Shown: positions 19,520 to 30,825 of the stretch, piece by piece
Layout of the letters: every line of letters begins with the position of its first letter
How positions within the stretch are numbered: position 1 is the first letter of the stretch
Assembly: GCA_041496385.1 (NCBI GenBank)
Contig: JBGQEL010000002.1
Span: 32,001 to 96,000, forward strand
Direction of reading: 5' to 3'
DNA from: Candidatus Methylomirabilia bacterium
Lineage (GTDB): Bacteria > Methylomirabilota > Methylomirabilia > Rokubacteriales > CSP1-6
Length of the DNA: 64,000 nt
Position numbers and translations under genes: made by a program
Notes under the pieces: model-generated
The model's database searches: none
Seen by the model: the letters and a program-made list of their open reading frames with translations, nothing else
What the model was told of the DNA's origin: nothing

Positions 19520-20371
19520 ATGGGCCACAGCGCCGCGCGCCGGACCATCGCCGATCTCATCGAGGAGCGGTTCGGCCTGCCCACGCAGGCCGGCCGCGCC
19601 CTGCCCGCCGAGGGCGCCCTCGCCCAGATGCTGTCGCACCGCACGCAGCGTCGGTACAAGCCGGACCCGGTTCCGGACGACATCCTCGAAGTCCTGCTCG
19701 CGGCCGCGCTCTCCGCGCCGTCGAAGTCCGATCTCCAGCAGGTGGCGATCATCCTGGTCAAGGACCGCGCGAAGCAGGCCACGATCGGCGGCTGGATCCC
19801 CGACATGCCGTGGATCGCGCAGGCCCCGCTCTTCCTGGTGTTCTGCGGCGACCACCGTCGCATCCGGCGGGTGGCGGAGCTGCGCGGACGGCCCTTTCCC
19901 AACGACACGCTCGACATGTTCATGAACGCCGCGGTGGACACGGGCCTGGTGCTGCAGAGCTTCATCACGGCCGCCGAGAGCCTGGGGCTCGGCTGCTGCC
20001 CGATCAGCGTGGTGCGCAACCACGTCGAGCGGCTCGCCGCGCTGCTGGAGCTGCCCGCCGGCGTCTTTCCGGTCGCCGGCCTCTGCGTTGGCTATCCCGT
20101 CCAGACGGGCTGGATCAGTCTGCGGCTTCCACCAACCCTCACCGTCCACACCGATCGCTACGACGACCGCCGCCTGCCCGGGGAGCTCGAGGCCTACGAC
20201 CGGCGGCGCGAGGCGCGGCACGCGACGCCGCGGGAGAGCCAGCGCTACGCGGACCGCTTCGGCTACACCGAGCCCTACGGCTGGGCGGAGGACAAGGCGC
20301 GGCAGTACTCGGTGCCCGAGCGCCACAACTTCGGCCCCTTCATCCGGGGCCACGGCTTCGCGCTGCAATGA
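19520..20371 (+). CDS. Nitroreductase family (NfsA/Frp-like)
   Basis: HRTQRRY, APSKSDLQ, AAESLGLG, LCVGYP. Confidence 0.88.
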   Translation: MGHSAARRTIADLIEERFGLPTQAGRALPAEGALAQMLSHRTQRRYKPDPVPDDILEVLLAAALSAPSKSDLQQVAIILVKDRAKQATIGGWIPDMPWIAQAPLFLVFCGDHRRIRRVAELRGRPFPNDTLDMFMNAAVDTGLVLQSFITAAESLGLGCCPISVVRNHVERLAALLELPAGVFPVAGLCVGYPVQTGWISLRLPPTLTVHTDRYDDRRLPGELEAYDRRREARHATPRESQRYADRFGYTEPYGWAEDKARQYSVPERHNFGPFIRGHGFALQ

Positions 20372-20724
20372 GCGTCCGGCAGCTTCTGCAGTGGCAGTGG
20401 TCCGACTACACCGCGAAGCATCGCAGCCGGGCGAACCTCCTCGTCCACATCGTCGCGGTGCCGCTGTTCCAGCTGGGAACCCTGCTCCTGGTGTACGCCG
20501 CCGTGCGGCGCGTGGGGGGCGCCGCCGTCCTGGGCGTCGCGTGCCTCGTCGCGTCGCTTTCGCTGCAGGGCCGTGGACACACGCTCGAGGCGGAGGCGCC
20601 CGAGCCGTTCCACGGGGCCGGGGACTTCGTGCGGCGCATTCTCGCCGAGCAATGGATCACGTTCCCCCGCTTCGTGCTGTCCGGCGGCTGGGCCCGCAAC
20701 CTCAGGGACGCGCCCCACGCCTGA
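20368..20724 (+). CDS. Small Mpo1/DUF962-like membrane protein
   Basis: YxxxHxxxxNLxxHIVAVP and QGRGHxxE motifs; ATGA overlap with upstream stop. Confidence 0.7.
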   Translation: MSVRQLLQWQWSDYTAKHRSRANLLVHIVAVPLFQLGTLLLVYAAVRRVGGAAVLGVACLVASLSLQGRGHTLEAEAPEPFHGAGDFVRRILAEQWITFPRFVLSGGWARNLRDAPHA

Positions 20725-20731
20725 CGCCCCC

Positions 20732-20760
20732 TCGACATGTGAGCGCGTTCGCCTTATCCT
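20732..20760 (+). promoter_or_regulatory. Sigma70-type promoter for the RidA-family gene
   Basis: TCGACA (20732-20737), 17 bp, TATCCT (20755-20760). Confidence 0.5.
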
Positions 20761-20793
20761 GTCGGGCATCCCCTCACCCGAAAGGAACGAGCG

Positions 20794-21141
20794 ATGAGCG
20801 TCAAGCGTCACGGTGTCGGTGCCCGGCTCTCCCAGGCGGTCGTCCACGACAACACGGTCTACCTCGCCGGGATGGTGGCCGGCGACCCCTCGGCGGACGC
20901 CAAGGGGCAGACCGAGCAGATCCTCAAGAAGATCGACGAGACCCTCGCGGCCGTCGGCAGCCACAAGTCGAAGCTGCTCTCGGCCACCGTCTACGTCGCC
21001 AACATGGCGGTCTACAACGATATGAACGCCGCCTGGGACGCCTGGGTGGACAAGGCCAACACGCCGGCGCGGGCGACGGTCGAGGCGCGGCTCGCGTCGC
21101 CGAAATATCTCGTCGAGATCATGAGCGTCGCGGCCATCTAG
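20794..21141 (+). CDS. RidA/YjgF-family protein (YoaB-like)
   Basis: RLSQAVVH, VYLAG, MNAAWDAW, PARATVEA, VEI. Confidence 0.92.
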   Translation: MSVKRHGVGARLSQAVVHDNTVYLAGMVAGDPSADAKGQTEQILKKIDETLAAVGSHKSKLLSATVYVANMAVYNDMNAAWDAWVDKANTPARATVEARLASPKYLVEIMSVAAI

Positions 21142-21191
21142 CGCGCGCGCGCGCCCGCGCGCGCGCCGCCCCGAGGCACAAGGAGACCATC

Positions 21192-22379
21192 ATGCGTGAA
21201 GCCGTCATCGTCGCCAGCTCCCGGACGCCGCTCGCCAAGTCGGGGCGCGGCTCGTTCAACCTGACCCGGCCCGACGACCTCGCCGCCCACTGCATCAAGG
21301 ACGTCCTCGGCAAGGTCCCGCAGCTCGATTCCAAGGAGGTCGAGGACGTGATCCTCGGCTGCGGCCAGCCGCACGGCGCCCAGGGCCACAACATCGCGCG
21401 CGTCGCGGCCGTCCGCTCGGGTCTGCCGGTGACGGTCGCGGGCCTCACCCTGAACCGCTTCTGCTCGTCCGGCCTCCAGGCGATCGCGATCGCGGCGAAC
21501 TACGTCATGAACGACGGCGCCGACGTGATGATCGGCGGCGGCGTCGAATCGATCACGATGATGCAGCGGGACACGAGTCCGAATCCCTGGGTGAAGGAGC
21601 ACTTCCCCGGGATCTACATGGCCATGGGCGACACGGCCGAGGTCGTGGCCAAGCGCTACAAGATCAGCCGCGAGGCCCAGGACCAGTACTCGCTCCTCTC
21701 CCAGCAGCGGACCGCGCGCGCCCAGCAGGAGGGCTTCTTCAAGGAGGAGATGGCGCCGATGCACGTCACGCGCGGCGTCCTGGACAAGAAGACGGGCGAG
21801 GTCGTGGGCAAGGAGGAGTCCTACGTCGAGAAGGACGAGTGCAACCGGGGCGACACGACGCTCGAGGGTCTGCTGAAGCTCCCGCCCGTCTTCGACAAGG
21901 ACAGCGGCCAGGGCTCGGTGACGGCCGGCAACTCCTCGCAGCTCTCCGACGGCGCCTCCGCCACGCTCGTCATGTCCATGGACCGCGCGAAGGCGCTCGG
22001 CGTCAAGCCGAAGCTCATCTTCCGCGGCTTCGCGGTCGCCGGCTGCGAGCCCGACGAGATGGGCGTCGGCCCGGTCTTCGCGGTGCCGAAGCTTCTCGGG
22101 CGCCACGGCCTCAAGGTGTCCGACATCGGCGTGTGGGAGCTGAACGAGGCGTTCGCCTCGCAGGTCATCTACTGCCGCGACCGGCTCGGGCTGGATCCGG
22201 AGAAGCTGAACCGGAACGGCGGCTCGATCTCCATCGGCCACCCGTTCGGCATGACGGGCTCGCGCATGGTCGGCACGATCGCCAACGAGATGCTCCGCAC
22301 CAAGGCGCGCTACGGCGTCGTGACCATGTGCATCGGCGGCGGCCAGGGCGCCGCGGGGCTCTTCGAGGCGTGTAACTAG
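21192..22379 (+). CDS. Acetyl-CoA C-acyltransferase (thiolase)
   Basis: NRFCSSG, ELNEAF, GHPFG, MCIGGG; AAGGAG RBS. Confidence 0.95.
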   Translation: MREAVIVASSRTPLAKSGRGSFNLTRPDDLAAHCIKDVLGKVPQLDSKEVEDVILGCGQPHGAQGHNIARVAAVRSGLPVTVAGLTLNRFCSSGLQAIAIAANYVMNDGADVMIGGGVESITMMQRDTSPNPWVKEHFPGIYMAMGDTAEVVAKRYKISREAQDQYSLLSQQRTARAQQEGFFKEEMAPMHVTRGVLDKKTGEVVGKEESYVEKDECNRGDTTLEGLLKLPPVFDKDSGQGSVTAGNSSQLSDGASATLVMSMDRAKALGVKPKLIFRGFAVAGCEPDEMGVGPVFAVPKLLGRHGLKVSDIGVWELNEAFASQVIYCRDRLGLDPEKLNRNGGSISIGHPFGMTGSRMVGTIANEMLRTKARYGVVTMCIGGGQGAAGLFEACN

Positions 22380-22412
22380 CGGCGCGCGCTCACGCCCGCC
22401 GGGTCGGTCGCA

Positions 22413-22772
22413 TCACCGGGACGCCAGGACGAGAAGAAGGGCGACGGCGCCCGGCAGCGCCTGAACCCAGAGAATCTTGCGGCCCACGGTGAGGGCGCCG
22501 AAGAGCCCGGCGACGACGACGCACGCGAGGAAGAAGAGCTCGACCGCGACGCCCGCGGGGCCCATCGCCAGTCCCCAGACCAGTCCCGCCGCGAGGAAGC
22601 CGTTGTAGAGGCCCTGGTTCGCGGCCAGGGCTCGGGAGGCCTGCGCGAACTCGGGCGTGAGGCTGAACGTGCGGCGACCGAAGGGCTTGCTCCAGAGAAA
22701 CATCTCGAGCACCAGGAAGTAGACGTGGAGCAGGGCCACCAGTAGGACGACGACGCTCGCCGCCGCGCGCAT
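22413..22772 (-). CDS. DUF1304-family membrane protein
   Basis: LHVYFLVLEM and LAANQGLYNGFLA signature. Confidence 0.88.
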   Translation of the reverse strand: MRAAASVVVLLVALLHVYFLVLEMFLWSKPFGRRTFSLTPEFAQASRALAANQGLYNGFLAAGLVWGLAMGPAGVAVELFFLACVVVAGLFGALTVGRKILWVQALPGAVALLLVLASR

Positions 22773-23815
22773 CACCCGGCCCTCGGGGCGAGGAGCGCCC
22801 AGGCGGACTCGGCGAGCGGGCGCGCCCGACGCCCGCGCTCGCGCGCGTTGGGGTCGTTGGCGGTGCCGGTGACGACGCGGCCCATGATCCCCTGCGCGAT
22901 CGCGGCCAGCCGGAACATCGCGAACGCGAGGCAGAACTCCCAGTCGGGGATCCCCGCGCGCCCCGTGCGGCGGCAGTAGGCCGCGACGTACTCCTGCTCG
23001 CCCGGGATCCCGAGCTCCGCCAGGTTCTTGTCGGCGAGGCCCTCCCACTCACGCGTGAAGCGGTGGGGCAGGCAGTTGTAGGCGAGGTCGGCGAGCGGGT
23101 GGCCGAGCGTCGAGAGCTCCCAGTCGAGCACCGCGGCGACGCGCGGCTCGGTCGGATGGACGACGACGTTGCCGAGCCTGAAGTCGCCGTGGACGAGCGC
23201 CACCTCGTCTTCCGCGGGCAGGTGCTCGGGCAGCCACGCGATCAGCCGCTCCATCGCCTCGATCTTCTCCGTCTCGGAGGCGCGGTACTGCTGCGTCCAG
23301 CGATGGATCTGGCGCGCGAAGTAGTTCCCGGGCTTCCCGAAATCGGCGAGCCCGATCGCCCGCCAGTCCACCGTGTGCAGCCGCGCGATGACCTCGTTGA
23401 GCGAATCGTAGATGGCCGCGCGCTCGTGCCTGGACAGGCCCGGAATCGCCGGATCGGTGATGACGCGCCCGTGGACGCAGTCCATGACGTAGAACGCGGT
23501 GCCGATGACCGTGTCGTCCTCGCAGAGCGCGTACGTGCGCGGCACCGGAAACCCGGTCGTGCCGAGGGCCGTGATGACGCGGTACTCGCGATCCACCGCG
23601 TGCGCCGACGGCAGGAGCTTGCCCGGCGGCTTCCGGCGCAGGACGTACTCCTTGCCGCCCGCCGCCAGGTAGTACGTCGGGTTCGACTGGCCACCCTGGA
23701 ACTGCTGGACGTCGAGCACACCCGCGAATCCCTCGACGTGCACGCGCATGTAGCGCGCGAGCGCGTCGACGTCGAAGCGGTGCTGCTCGCGGACGGGGGC
23801 CGTGGTCGAGATCAA
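22772..23815 (-). CDS. APH-family phosphotransferase (ACAD10/11 kinase-domain-like)
   Basis: GGQSNPTY, VLRRKPPGKLLPSAHAVDREY, VHGDFRLGN, LDWELSTLGHP; TTG start with AGGAGG RBS. Confidence 0.9.
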   Translation of the reverse strand: MISTTAPVREQHRFDVDALARYMRVHVEGFAGVLDVQQFQGGQSNPTYYLAAGGKEYVLRRKPPGKLLPSAHAVDREYRVITALGTTGFPVPRTYALCEDDTVIGTAFYVMDCVHGRVITDPAIPGLSRHERAAIYDSLNEVIARLHTVDWRAIGLADFGKPGNYFARQIHRWTQQYRASETEKIEAMERLIAWLPEHLPAEDEVALVHGDFRLGNVVVHPTEPRVAAVLDWELSTLGHPLADLAYNCLPHRFTREWEGLADKNLAELGIPGEQEYVAAYCRRTGRAGIPDWEFCLAFAMFRLAAIAQGIMGRVVTGTANDPNARERGRRARPLAESAWALLAPRAG

Positions 23816-23838
23816 CGGGATCGCCTCCTGCGCGCGAC

Positions 23839-23846
23839 AGTATAAT
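23839..23846. promoter_or_regulatory. Overlapping bidirectional -10 elements (TATAAT +, TATACT -)
   Basis: AGTATAAT centred in the 68-bp gap between divergent genes. Confidence 0.6.
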
Positions 23847-23883
23847 CCGACTCGACGTCCTTTTCCCCGCGAGAGGAGAGCGC

Positions 23884-24396
23884 ATGATCCGCGAGGTTCC
23901 CGGCCGCAGGCCGCGCGTCCACCCCGGCGCCTACGTCGACCCCCAGGCCGCCGTCATCGGCGACGTGACGATCGCGGAGGGCGCCAGCGTCTGGCCGTTC
24001 ACGGTGCTGCGCGGCGACCAGGACAGCTACGTGCGGCTCGGCCGGAATTCGAACGTCCAGGACAACTCCGTGCTGCACGTGATGCCGGGCGTCCCGTGCG
24101 TCGTCGGCGACAACGTCACGATCGGCCACCGCGCCGTCGTCCACGCGTGCACGATCATGGACAACTGCCGCATCGGTATCGGCGCCGTCGTGCTGAACGG
24201 CGCGGTGGTGGAGGAGGGCGCGCAGGTGGGCGCGGGCGCGCTCGTGCCTCCCGGCAAGGTCGTGCCCGCGGGCTGGCTCGTCATGGGCGTGCCGGCCAAG
24301 CCGGTGCGGAAGATGGAGCCCGACGAGCTGGAGGACATCCTGCGAAACGCGCAGGAGTACGTGGATCTCTGGCACCGCGACTACCGCGTGGGCTAG
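23884..24396 (+). CDS. Gamma-carbonic anhydrase family protein (PaaY/YrdA-like)
   Basis: Hexapeptide repeats, LRGD, NVQDNSVLH, GHRAVVH, GVPAK. Confidence 0.92.
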   Translation: MIREVPGRRPRVHPGAYVDPQAAVIGDVTIAEGASVWPFTVLRGDQDSYVRLGRNSNVQDNSVLHVMPGVPCVVGDNVTIGHRAVVHACTIMDNCRIGIGAVVLNGAVVEEGAQVGAGALVPPGKVVPAGWLVMGVPAKPVRKMEPDELEDILRNAQEYVDLWHRDYRVG

Positions 24397-24589
24397 CGGT
24401 CCGTCGCGGGTGGCCGGGCCGGGCGCCGTAGGGGTCGACGGACCACGCGGCACGCGCTCGCCGTCCCGCTGTGACTGGGCTCCATCCGGGCACGCGTAGC
24501 CCCGCCGCCGCGCGGCGGGAACGAGTCCTTTCGACCCCTACGGCGCCCGGCCCGGCCACCCGCGACGAGCGCGATCCGAGCGGGACTAG
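24393..24589. mobile_element. Palindromic MITE/REP-like element flanked by CTAG copies
   Basis: Perfect 37-bp inverted repeat 24402-24438 / 24531-24567 with a 92-bp core; CTAG at 24393-24396 and 24586-24589 supplies the stops of both convergent genes. Confidence 0.6.
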
Positions 24590-26046
24590 AGGTCGCGCGG
24601 AAGTCGCGGCGGCTCGGCGCAGGCGCGCTCGATCTCGTCCACGGTCTTCGGCGTCCCCGCGGTGAGCACCTCGGTGCCGCCGGCCGTGACGAGCAGATCG
24701 TCCTCGATGCGGATGCCGATCCCGCGAAACTCCTTCGGAATCGGATGCACGAGCTTCTCGGCCTTGGCCTTTTCCTCGTCCTCGAGGCGCTTGGCGGCCG
24801 CCATGCCGAGCCGGAGGCGCCGCTCCCACATCTCCTCCTCGCTGTACTCGCGGAGGTAGAAGGTCGCGGTCTCGCGCTCGGCGTCGACGTAGAGGCCGGG
24901 CTCGACGGTGAAGACCATACCCGGCTCGAGGGCGCGCGACTTTCCGTCGATCCGGTAGTCGCCGACGTCGTGGACGTCCATGCCGAGCCAGTGACCGGTG
25001 CCGTGCATGTAGAACTCGCGGTAGTGGTGCATCGCGAGCGTGTCGTCGAGGCCGCGCGGCACGAGGCCGAGCGCCACGAGCCCCTCGGCGAGCACGCGCC
25101 GCGCCGCCTCGTGCACCGCCTCGTAACGGCCGCCCGGCTGCGCCGCGGCGATGCCCGTGAGCTGCGCGCGCAGGACGATCTCGTAGATCGCGTGCTGCGC
25201 GGCGGTGAAGCGCCCGCTGACGGGGAAGGTGCGCGTGATGTCGGCCGAGTGGTAGCCGTACTCGCAGCCCGCGTCGATCAGCAGGAGGTCGCCGTCCGCC
25301 AGCCGCCGCGTGTTCTCGGTGTAGTGGAGGATGCAGGCGTTGGGCCCCGACGCGACGATGGACGGGTAGCCGTTGCGCGGCGAGCCGCTGGCGCGGAAGA
25401 CGAACTCGAGCGCCGCCTGCACCTGGTACTCGTAGAGCCCCGGCCGCGCGTAGCGCATCGCCTCGACGTGCGCGTCGCGGCTGATCTCGCAGGCGCGGCG
25501 GTGGCGCGCGAGCTCGGCGGGCGAGCGGCGCAGGCGAAGCTCGTGGAGGAGCGGGCCCGGGTCCTCGACGCGCACCGGCGCGGCGAAGCCGCGGGCGCGC
25601 GCCAGGCGCAGCTCGGCGATCAGCCTCGTGATCCGCCCGTCGAACGCGCCCTGGCCGAGGCGATAGTAGAGCGTCGGCCGGTCGATGAGGTATTCGCGCA
25701 GCTTCTCGTCGAGCTTCTCGATCGGATAGGCGGCGTCGGCGCCATAGGTCGCGACGGCGCCCTCGACGCCGGCGCGCCGGCCGTTCCAGATCTCCATCTC
25801 GCGGTCGCGCGGACGGACGAAGAGGACGTAGCGCTCCTTGGCGTGGGCCGGGTTGATCACGGCGACGGCGTCGGGCTCGTCGAAGCCCGTGAGGAAGAAG
25901 AAATCCGAGCTCTGGCGGAACTCGTGGTTCACGTCGCCGTTGCGCCGGACCTCCGGCGCGCCGGGGACGATCGCGATCGCGTCGCCGAGCGCCGCCGCGA
26001 AGCGGAGACGGCGCTCACCGAAGGGCGCCAGGTCGGGAGTCGCCAT
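24586..26046 (-). CDS. pepP: Xaa-Pro aminopeptidase (aminopeptidase P)
   Basis: FRQSSDFFFLTGF, ILHY, LLIDAG, SADITRT, HGTGHWLGMDVHD, EPGLY, GIRIEDD. Confidence 0.93.
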   Translation of the reverse strand: MATPDLAPFGERRLRFAAALGDAIAIVPGAPEVRRNGDVNHEFRQSSDFFFLTGFDEPDAVAVINPAHAKERYVLFVRPRDREMEIWNGRRAGVEGAVATYGADAAYPIEKLDEKLREYLIDRPTLYYRLGQGAFDGRITRLIAELRLARARGFAAPVRVEDPGPLLHELRLRRSPAELARHRRACEISRDAHVEAMRYARPGLYEYQVQAALEFVFRASGSPRNGYPSIVASGPNACILHYTENTRRLADGDLLLIDAGCEYGYHSADITRTFPVSGRFTAAQHAIYEIVLRAQLTGIAAAQPGGRYEAVHEAARRVLAEGLVALGLVPRGLDDTLAMHHYREFYMHGTGHWLGMDVHDVGDYRIDGKSRALEPGMVFTVEPGLYVDAERETATFYLREYSEEEMWERRLRLGMAAAKRLEDEEKAKAEKLVHPIPKEFRGIGIRIEDDLLVTAGGTEVLTAGTPKTVDEIERACAEPPRLPRDL

Positions 26047-26063
26047 ACGCGGCATAGGGTATC

Positions 26064-28321
26064 ATGCGGAACGCGATGATCGGAGCCAGCCACCCGCGCC
26101 TCGGCGGCGAGCGTCTCGTGACCGGCCGCGGCCGGTTCGTCGCCGACGTCCGGCCGCCGGGCCTGCTCGAGGCGGCGGTGCTCCGGTCGCCGTACGCCCA
26201 CGCGCGCGTGCAACGCGTGGACGCCTCGCGGGCGCTGCGACTGCGCGGCGTGCGCGCCGTCCTCACCGCCGCGGACGTGCCCGCGAACGCCATCATTCCC
26301 AACCGCGTGCCCGCGCCCGACGGCGCGGCGCGCTATCTCCAGCCCGCGATCGCGCGCGACGTCGCCCGCTACGCGGGCGAGCCCGTCGCGCTCGTCGTGG
26401 CCGACGACCGGTACGTCGCCGCGGACGCGCTGGAGCTGATCCGCGTGGACTGGGCGCCGCTCCCCGCGTGCGCGACCGTGGCCGCCGCGCTCGCGCCCGA
26501 CGCGCCGCGGCTCTTCGCCGGCACCGACGGCAACAACGTCGCGACGATCCGGATGCGGGTCGGCGACGCCGGCGCGGCGCTGGCCGCCGCGCACCTCGTC
26601 GTCCGCGACCGCTTCCGCCACCCGCGGCAGACGGCGGCCGCCCTCGAGACGCGCGGGCTCGTCGCCGTGCCGCCCGATCCGCGCGGCGGCGAGCTGCACC
26701 TGATCGGCTCGACCAAGTGCATCCACATCAACCGCGGCATCCTCGCGCCGATCTTCGGGATCCCGCCCGGCGCGCTGCGCCTCACCGAGGTGGACGTGGG
26801 CGGCGGCTTCGGCGTCCGAGGCGAGCTCTACCCGGAGGACATCCTCGTCCCGCTCGCCGCGCTCAAGCTCGGCCGGCCCGTCCGCTGGATCGAGGAGCGT
26901 CGCGAGAACCTCGTCGCGGCGAACCACGCGCGCGATACCGAGTACGACCTCGAGATCGGGCTCGACGCCGCCGGACACATCCTCGTGATGCGGGCCGTGA
27001 TCCACGCCGACATCGGCGCGTACGTGCGGACGGCGGCGCTGGTGCCCGCCGAGTTCGGCGCGGCGCTCCTGCCCGGGCCGTACCGCGTGCCGGCGTACGC
27101 GTGCGACCTCTGGAGCGTCGTGACGAACAAGACGCCCGTCGGCACGCTCCGCTCGCCCGGCCGGCCCGAGTGCAACTTCGCGCGCGAGCGGCTGCTGGAC
27201 GTCGCGGCCGCGCGGCTCGGGCTGGACCCGGCCGAGATCAGGCGGCGGAACCTCATCCGCCCGGAGGAGATGCCGTACGAGACGGGGACGACGTCCTTCG
27301 GGGCCACGACCGTCTACGACTCGGGCGATTTTCCCGCCCTCTTCGACGAGCTGCTGAAGCGGCTCGACTACGACGGTGCGCGCAACGCGCAACGCGCGCT
27401 GGCCGCGCGTGGCGTGCGGCGCGGCATCGGGCTGGCCGCCTACGTCGAGAAGACCGGGCTCGGGCCGTTCGAGACCGCGCACGTGGAGGCGAAGTCGGAC
27501 GGCACCTTCACCGTGGACACCGGGGCCTCGTCCATGGGGCCGGGGCTCGAGACCGTGCTGGCGCAGATCCTCGGCGAGGCGCTCGGCCTGCCGGCGGACC
27601 GCTTCGTCGTCCGGCACCCGGACACGGCGGCCATCGAGAGCGGCGTGGGCACCTACGGCTCGCGCGGCACGGTGATGGCGGGCAACGCCGCGCACCTCGC
27701 CGCCGCCCGGCTCGTCGAGGAGGCGCGCACGCGTGCCGCGGCGCTGCTCGGCGCGCCCGCGGACGAGATCTTCTATGCGCGCGGCGTCCTCGGCCGGGGC
27801 GCCCGGCGCGTCAGCCTCGCCGAGCTGGCCGCGCACGGGCCGCTGGCCGCCGGCGCCTCGTTCACCGTCGCCAAGGTCACGTACGCCGGCTGCGCCGTCG
27901 CCGTCGTGCTCGACGTGGACGAGGCGACGGGACAGGTGCGCCTGCGGCGCGTCGTGGTCGGCGCCGACGTAGGCCGCGCGGTCAATCCGGCGCTGATCGA
28001 GGGCCAGCTCGTCGGCGGCGTCGCATTCGGCATCGGCAACGCGCTGCACGAGAGCCTCGAGTACGACGCGGCGGGTCAGCCGCTCTGCGGCAGCCTCCTC
28101 GACTACGCGCTGCCGCTCGCGGGCGACGTGCCGCCGATCGAGGGCTTCTTCCAGGAGATCGCCGCGCGGACCAATCCGCTCGGGCTGCGCGGCCTCGGCG
28201 AGTGCGGCAACCCCGGCCTCGGCGCGGCGATCGCCAACGCCGTCTGCGACGCGTTTCGCGACCGCGGCGTCGCGCTGACCGCGCTCCCGCTCACGCCCGC
28301 GCGGGTTCGCGCGGCGCTCGG

Positions 28322-28325
<4 letters not shown>
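26064..28325 (+). CDS. Xanthine dehydrogenase/CoxL-family molybdopterin-binding large subunit (no adjacent S/M subunits)
   Basis: RSPYAHA, DVGGGFG, GTYGSR, NPALIEGQ, GLGE; start could be ATG 26076. Confidence 0.9.
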
Positions 28326-29021
<696 letters not shown>

Positions 29022-29029
<8 letters not shown>

Positions 29030-30824
29030 GCGACGTCTCCACCGCCGAGCCGAGATACGCCTCGATCACCTTCGGGTCCTGCTGGACCTCCTTCGTCGTG
29101 CCCTCGGCGATCTTCTCGCCGAAATCGAGGACCGTCACGACATCGGAGATGCCCATGATGAGCTCCATGTGGTGCTCGATGACGACCTGCGTGACGCCGG
29201 CCGCGCGGATGTCGCGGATGATCTTGGAGAGGTGGTGAAGCTCCGTCGGGTTGACGCCAGCCGCGGGCTCGTCGAGCAGCAGGAGCCGCGGGCGCACCGC
29301 GAGCGCGCGCGCGATCTCGAGCAGCCGCTGCTGGCCGTACGAGAGGTTCTGCGCGATCTCTTGCGCGCGATCTGCGATCCCGACGACCTCCAGGAGCGCC
29401 ATCGCCTTCCGGCGGAACACCGCCTCCTCCTCCACCGCGCCGCGCGTCCGGAGCAGGTGCGCGACGAGACCTGCGCGCAGATGAAGGTGGAAGCCGGCCA
29501 TCACGTTCTCGAGCACGCTGAGGTCGCCGAAGAGGCGGATCGACTGAAACGTGCGCGTGACGCCGAGCGCGGCCATACGGTGAGGCGAGGTACCGGCGAC
29601 CGCCGTCCCCTCGAACTCCACCGCGCCGCTCGAGGGCTCGTAGAGGCCGGTCAGCACGTTCACGAACGTGGACTTGCCCGAGCCGTTCGGTCCGATGAGG
29701 CCGTGGACGACGCCGGGGCGTACGGCGAGCGTCACCCGGTTGAGTGCCCGGATGCCGCCGAAGTTGCGGCTCAGGTCGCGCACGGCCATCACCGGGCGTT
29801 CCCCGTCGCCCGCGACGGCGAAGACGAACGCGGCGCGGTCGGGCTCGATCGCCGCCGGCGGGCGGCGGAAGCGTTGCCACACGCGCATCTTGAGCACGCT
29901 GCCGACGATCCCGTCCGGTAGGAAGACGATCGTCACGAGGATGATCCCGCCGTAGATGTAGAGGTGATACTCGTGCAGCTTCGCGAAGATCGTCGGGATC
30001 AGGTTGAGGATCACGCTCCCGACGAGCGGGCCGTAGAGCGTGCCGCTCCCGCCCATCAGCACCGACGTCAGCAGCGAGACCGACAGGCCGAACACGAACG
30101 TGTCGCTGTTGATGAAGCCGTTCTGGTGGGCGAAGAAGACGCCGCCGATCCCCGCGTACACCGAGCTGATCACGAAGGCCAGGACCTTCCAGCGGTACAC
30201 GTTGATCCCGACCGTCTCCGCCGCGACCTCGCTGCCGCGGAGGGCCAGCAGCGTGCGCCCGACGCGCCCCGTCAAGAGATTGTTCGCGAGCAGCTGGCAG
30301 ACGATCGCCGTTCCGGCGATCAGCCAGAAATACTGGGTCGGGCTGAGCTCTGCGCCGCCGGGGAGCTTCGGCCCGGGGATGCCCATGATTCCCATCGGCC
30401 CGCCGGTGAGGCTCCAGCGGTTCGCGGTCACCTCGGCCATGAAGCCGAACGCGACCGTGACCATCGCCAGGTATGGGCCCTTGGCGCGGAGCGACGGCAG
30501 CGCCAGGAGCGCGCCGAAGACGCCAGCCAGGACGACGCCGGCGGGGGCGCTCAGCCAGAAGGGCCAGCCGAGCCTCGTCGTCGCGAGCGCCGACGTGTAC
30601 GCGCCGACGGCGTAGAGCCCCGCGTGGCCGAGCGAGATCTGGCCCGTCCAGCCGACGAGGATGTCGAGGCCGAGCGTCGCGATGTAGAGGTACGCGAGCG
30701 ACTGCAGCACGAGGATGAAGAACGGGTCCGCCAGAATCAGCGGGAGCGCCGCGACGCCAAGGGCAACGACGAGAAGCATCCCCCAGTGGCGGGGGCCCGT
30801 GTGGGCGAAGACCGGCGGGCGCAC
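29022..30824 (-). CDS. Fused Liv-type permease/ATP-binding protein (LivM-LivG)
   Basis: GQISLGH and GPYLAMVT permease half; GPNGSGKS, LSYGQQR, DEPAAG ATPase half. Confidence 0.92.
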
Positions 30825-30825
30825 G

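Noticed and set aside
21141..21170. Alternating (CG)n tract after the RidA-family gene as a terminator or Z-DNA element
   Set aside because: Short, no U-tract, and plausible by chance at this GC content
24393..24589. Integron attC site or tRNA
   Set aside because: No RYYYAAC/GTTRRRY boxes, no extrahelical bases in the arms, no integrase, and no cloverleaf or T-loop motif
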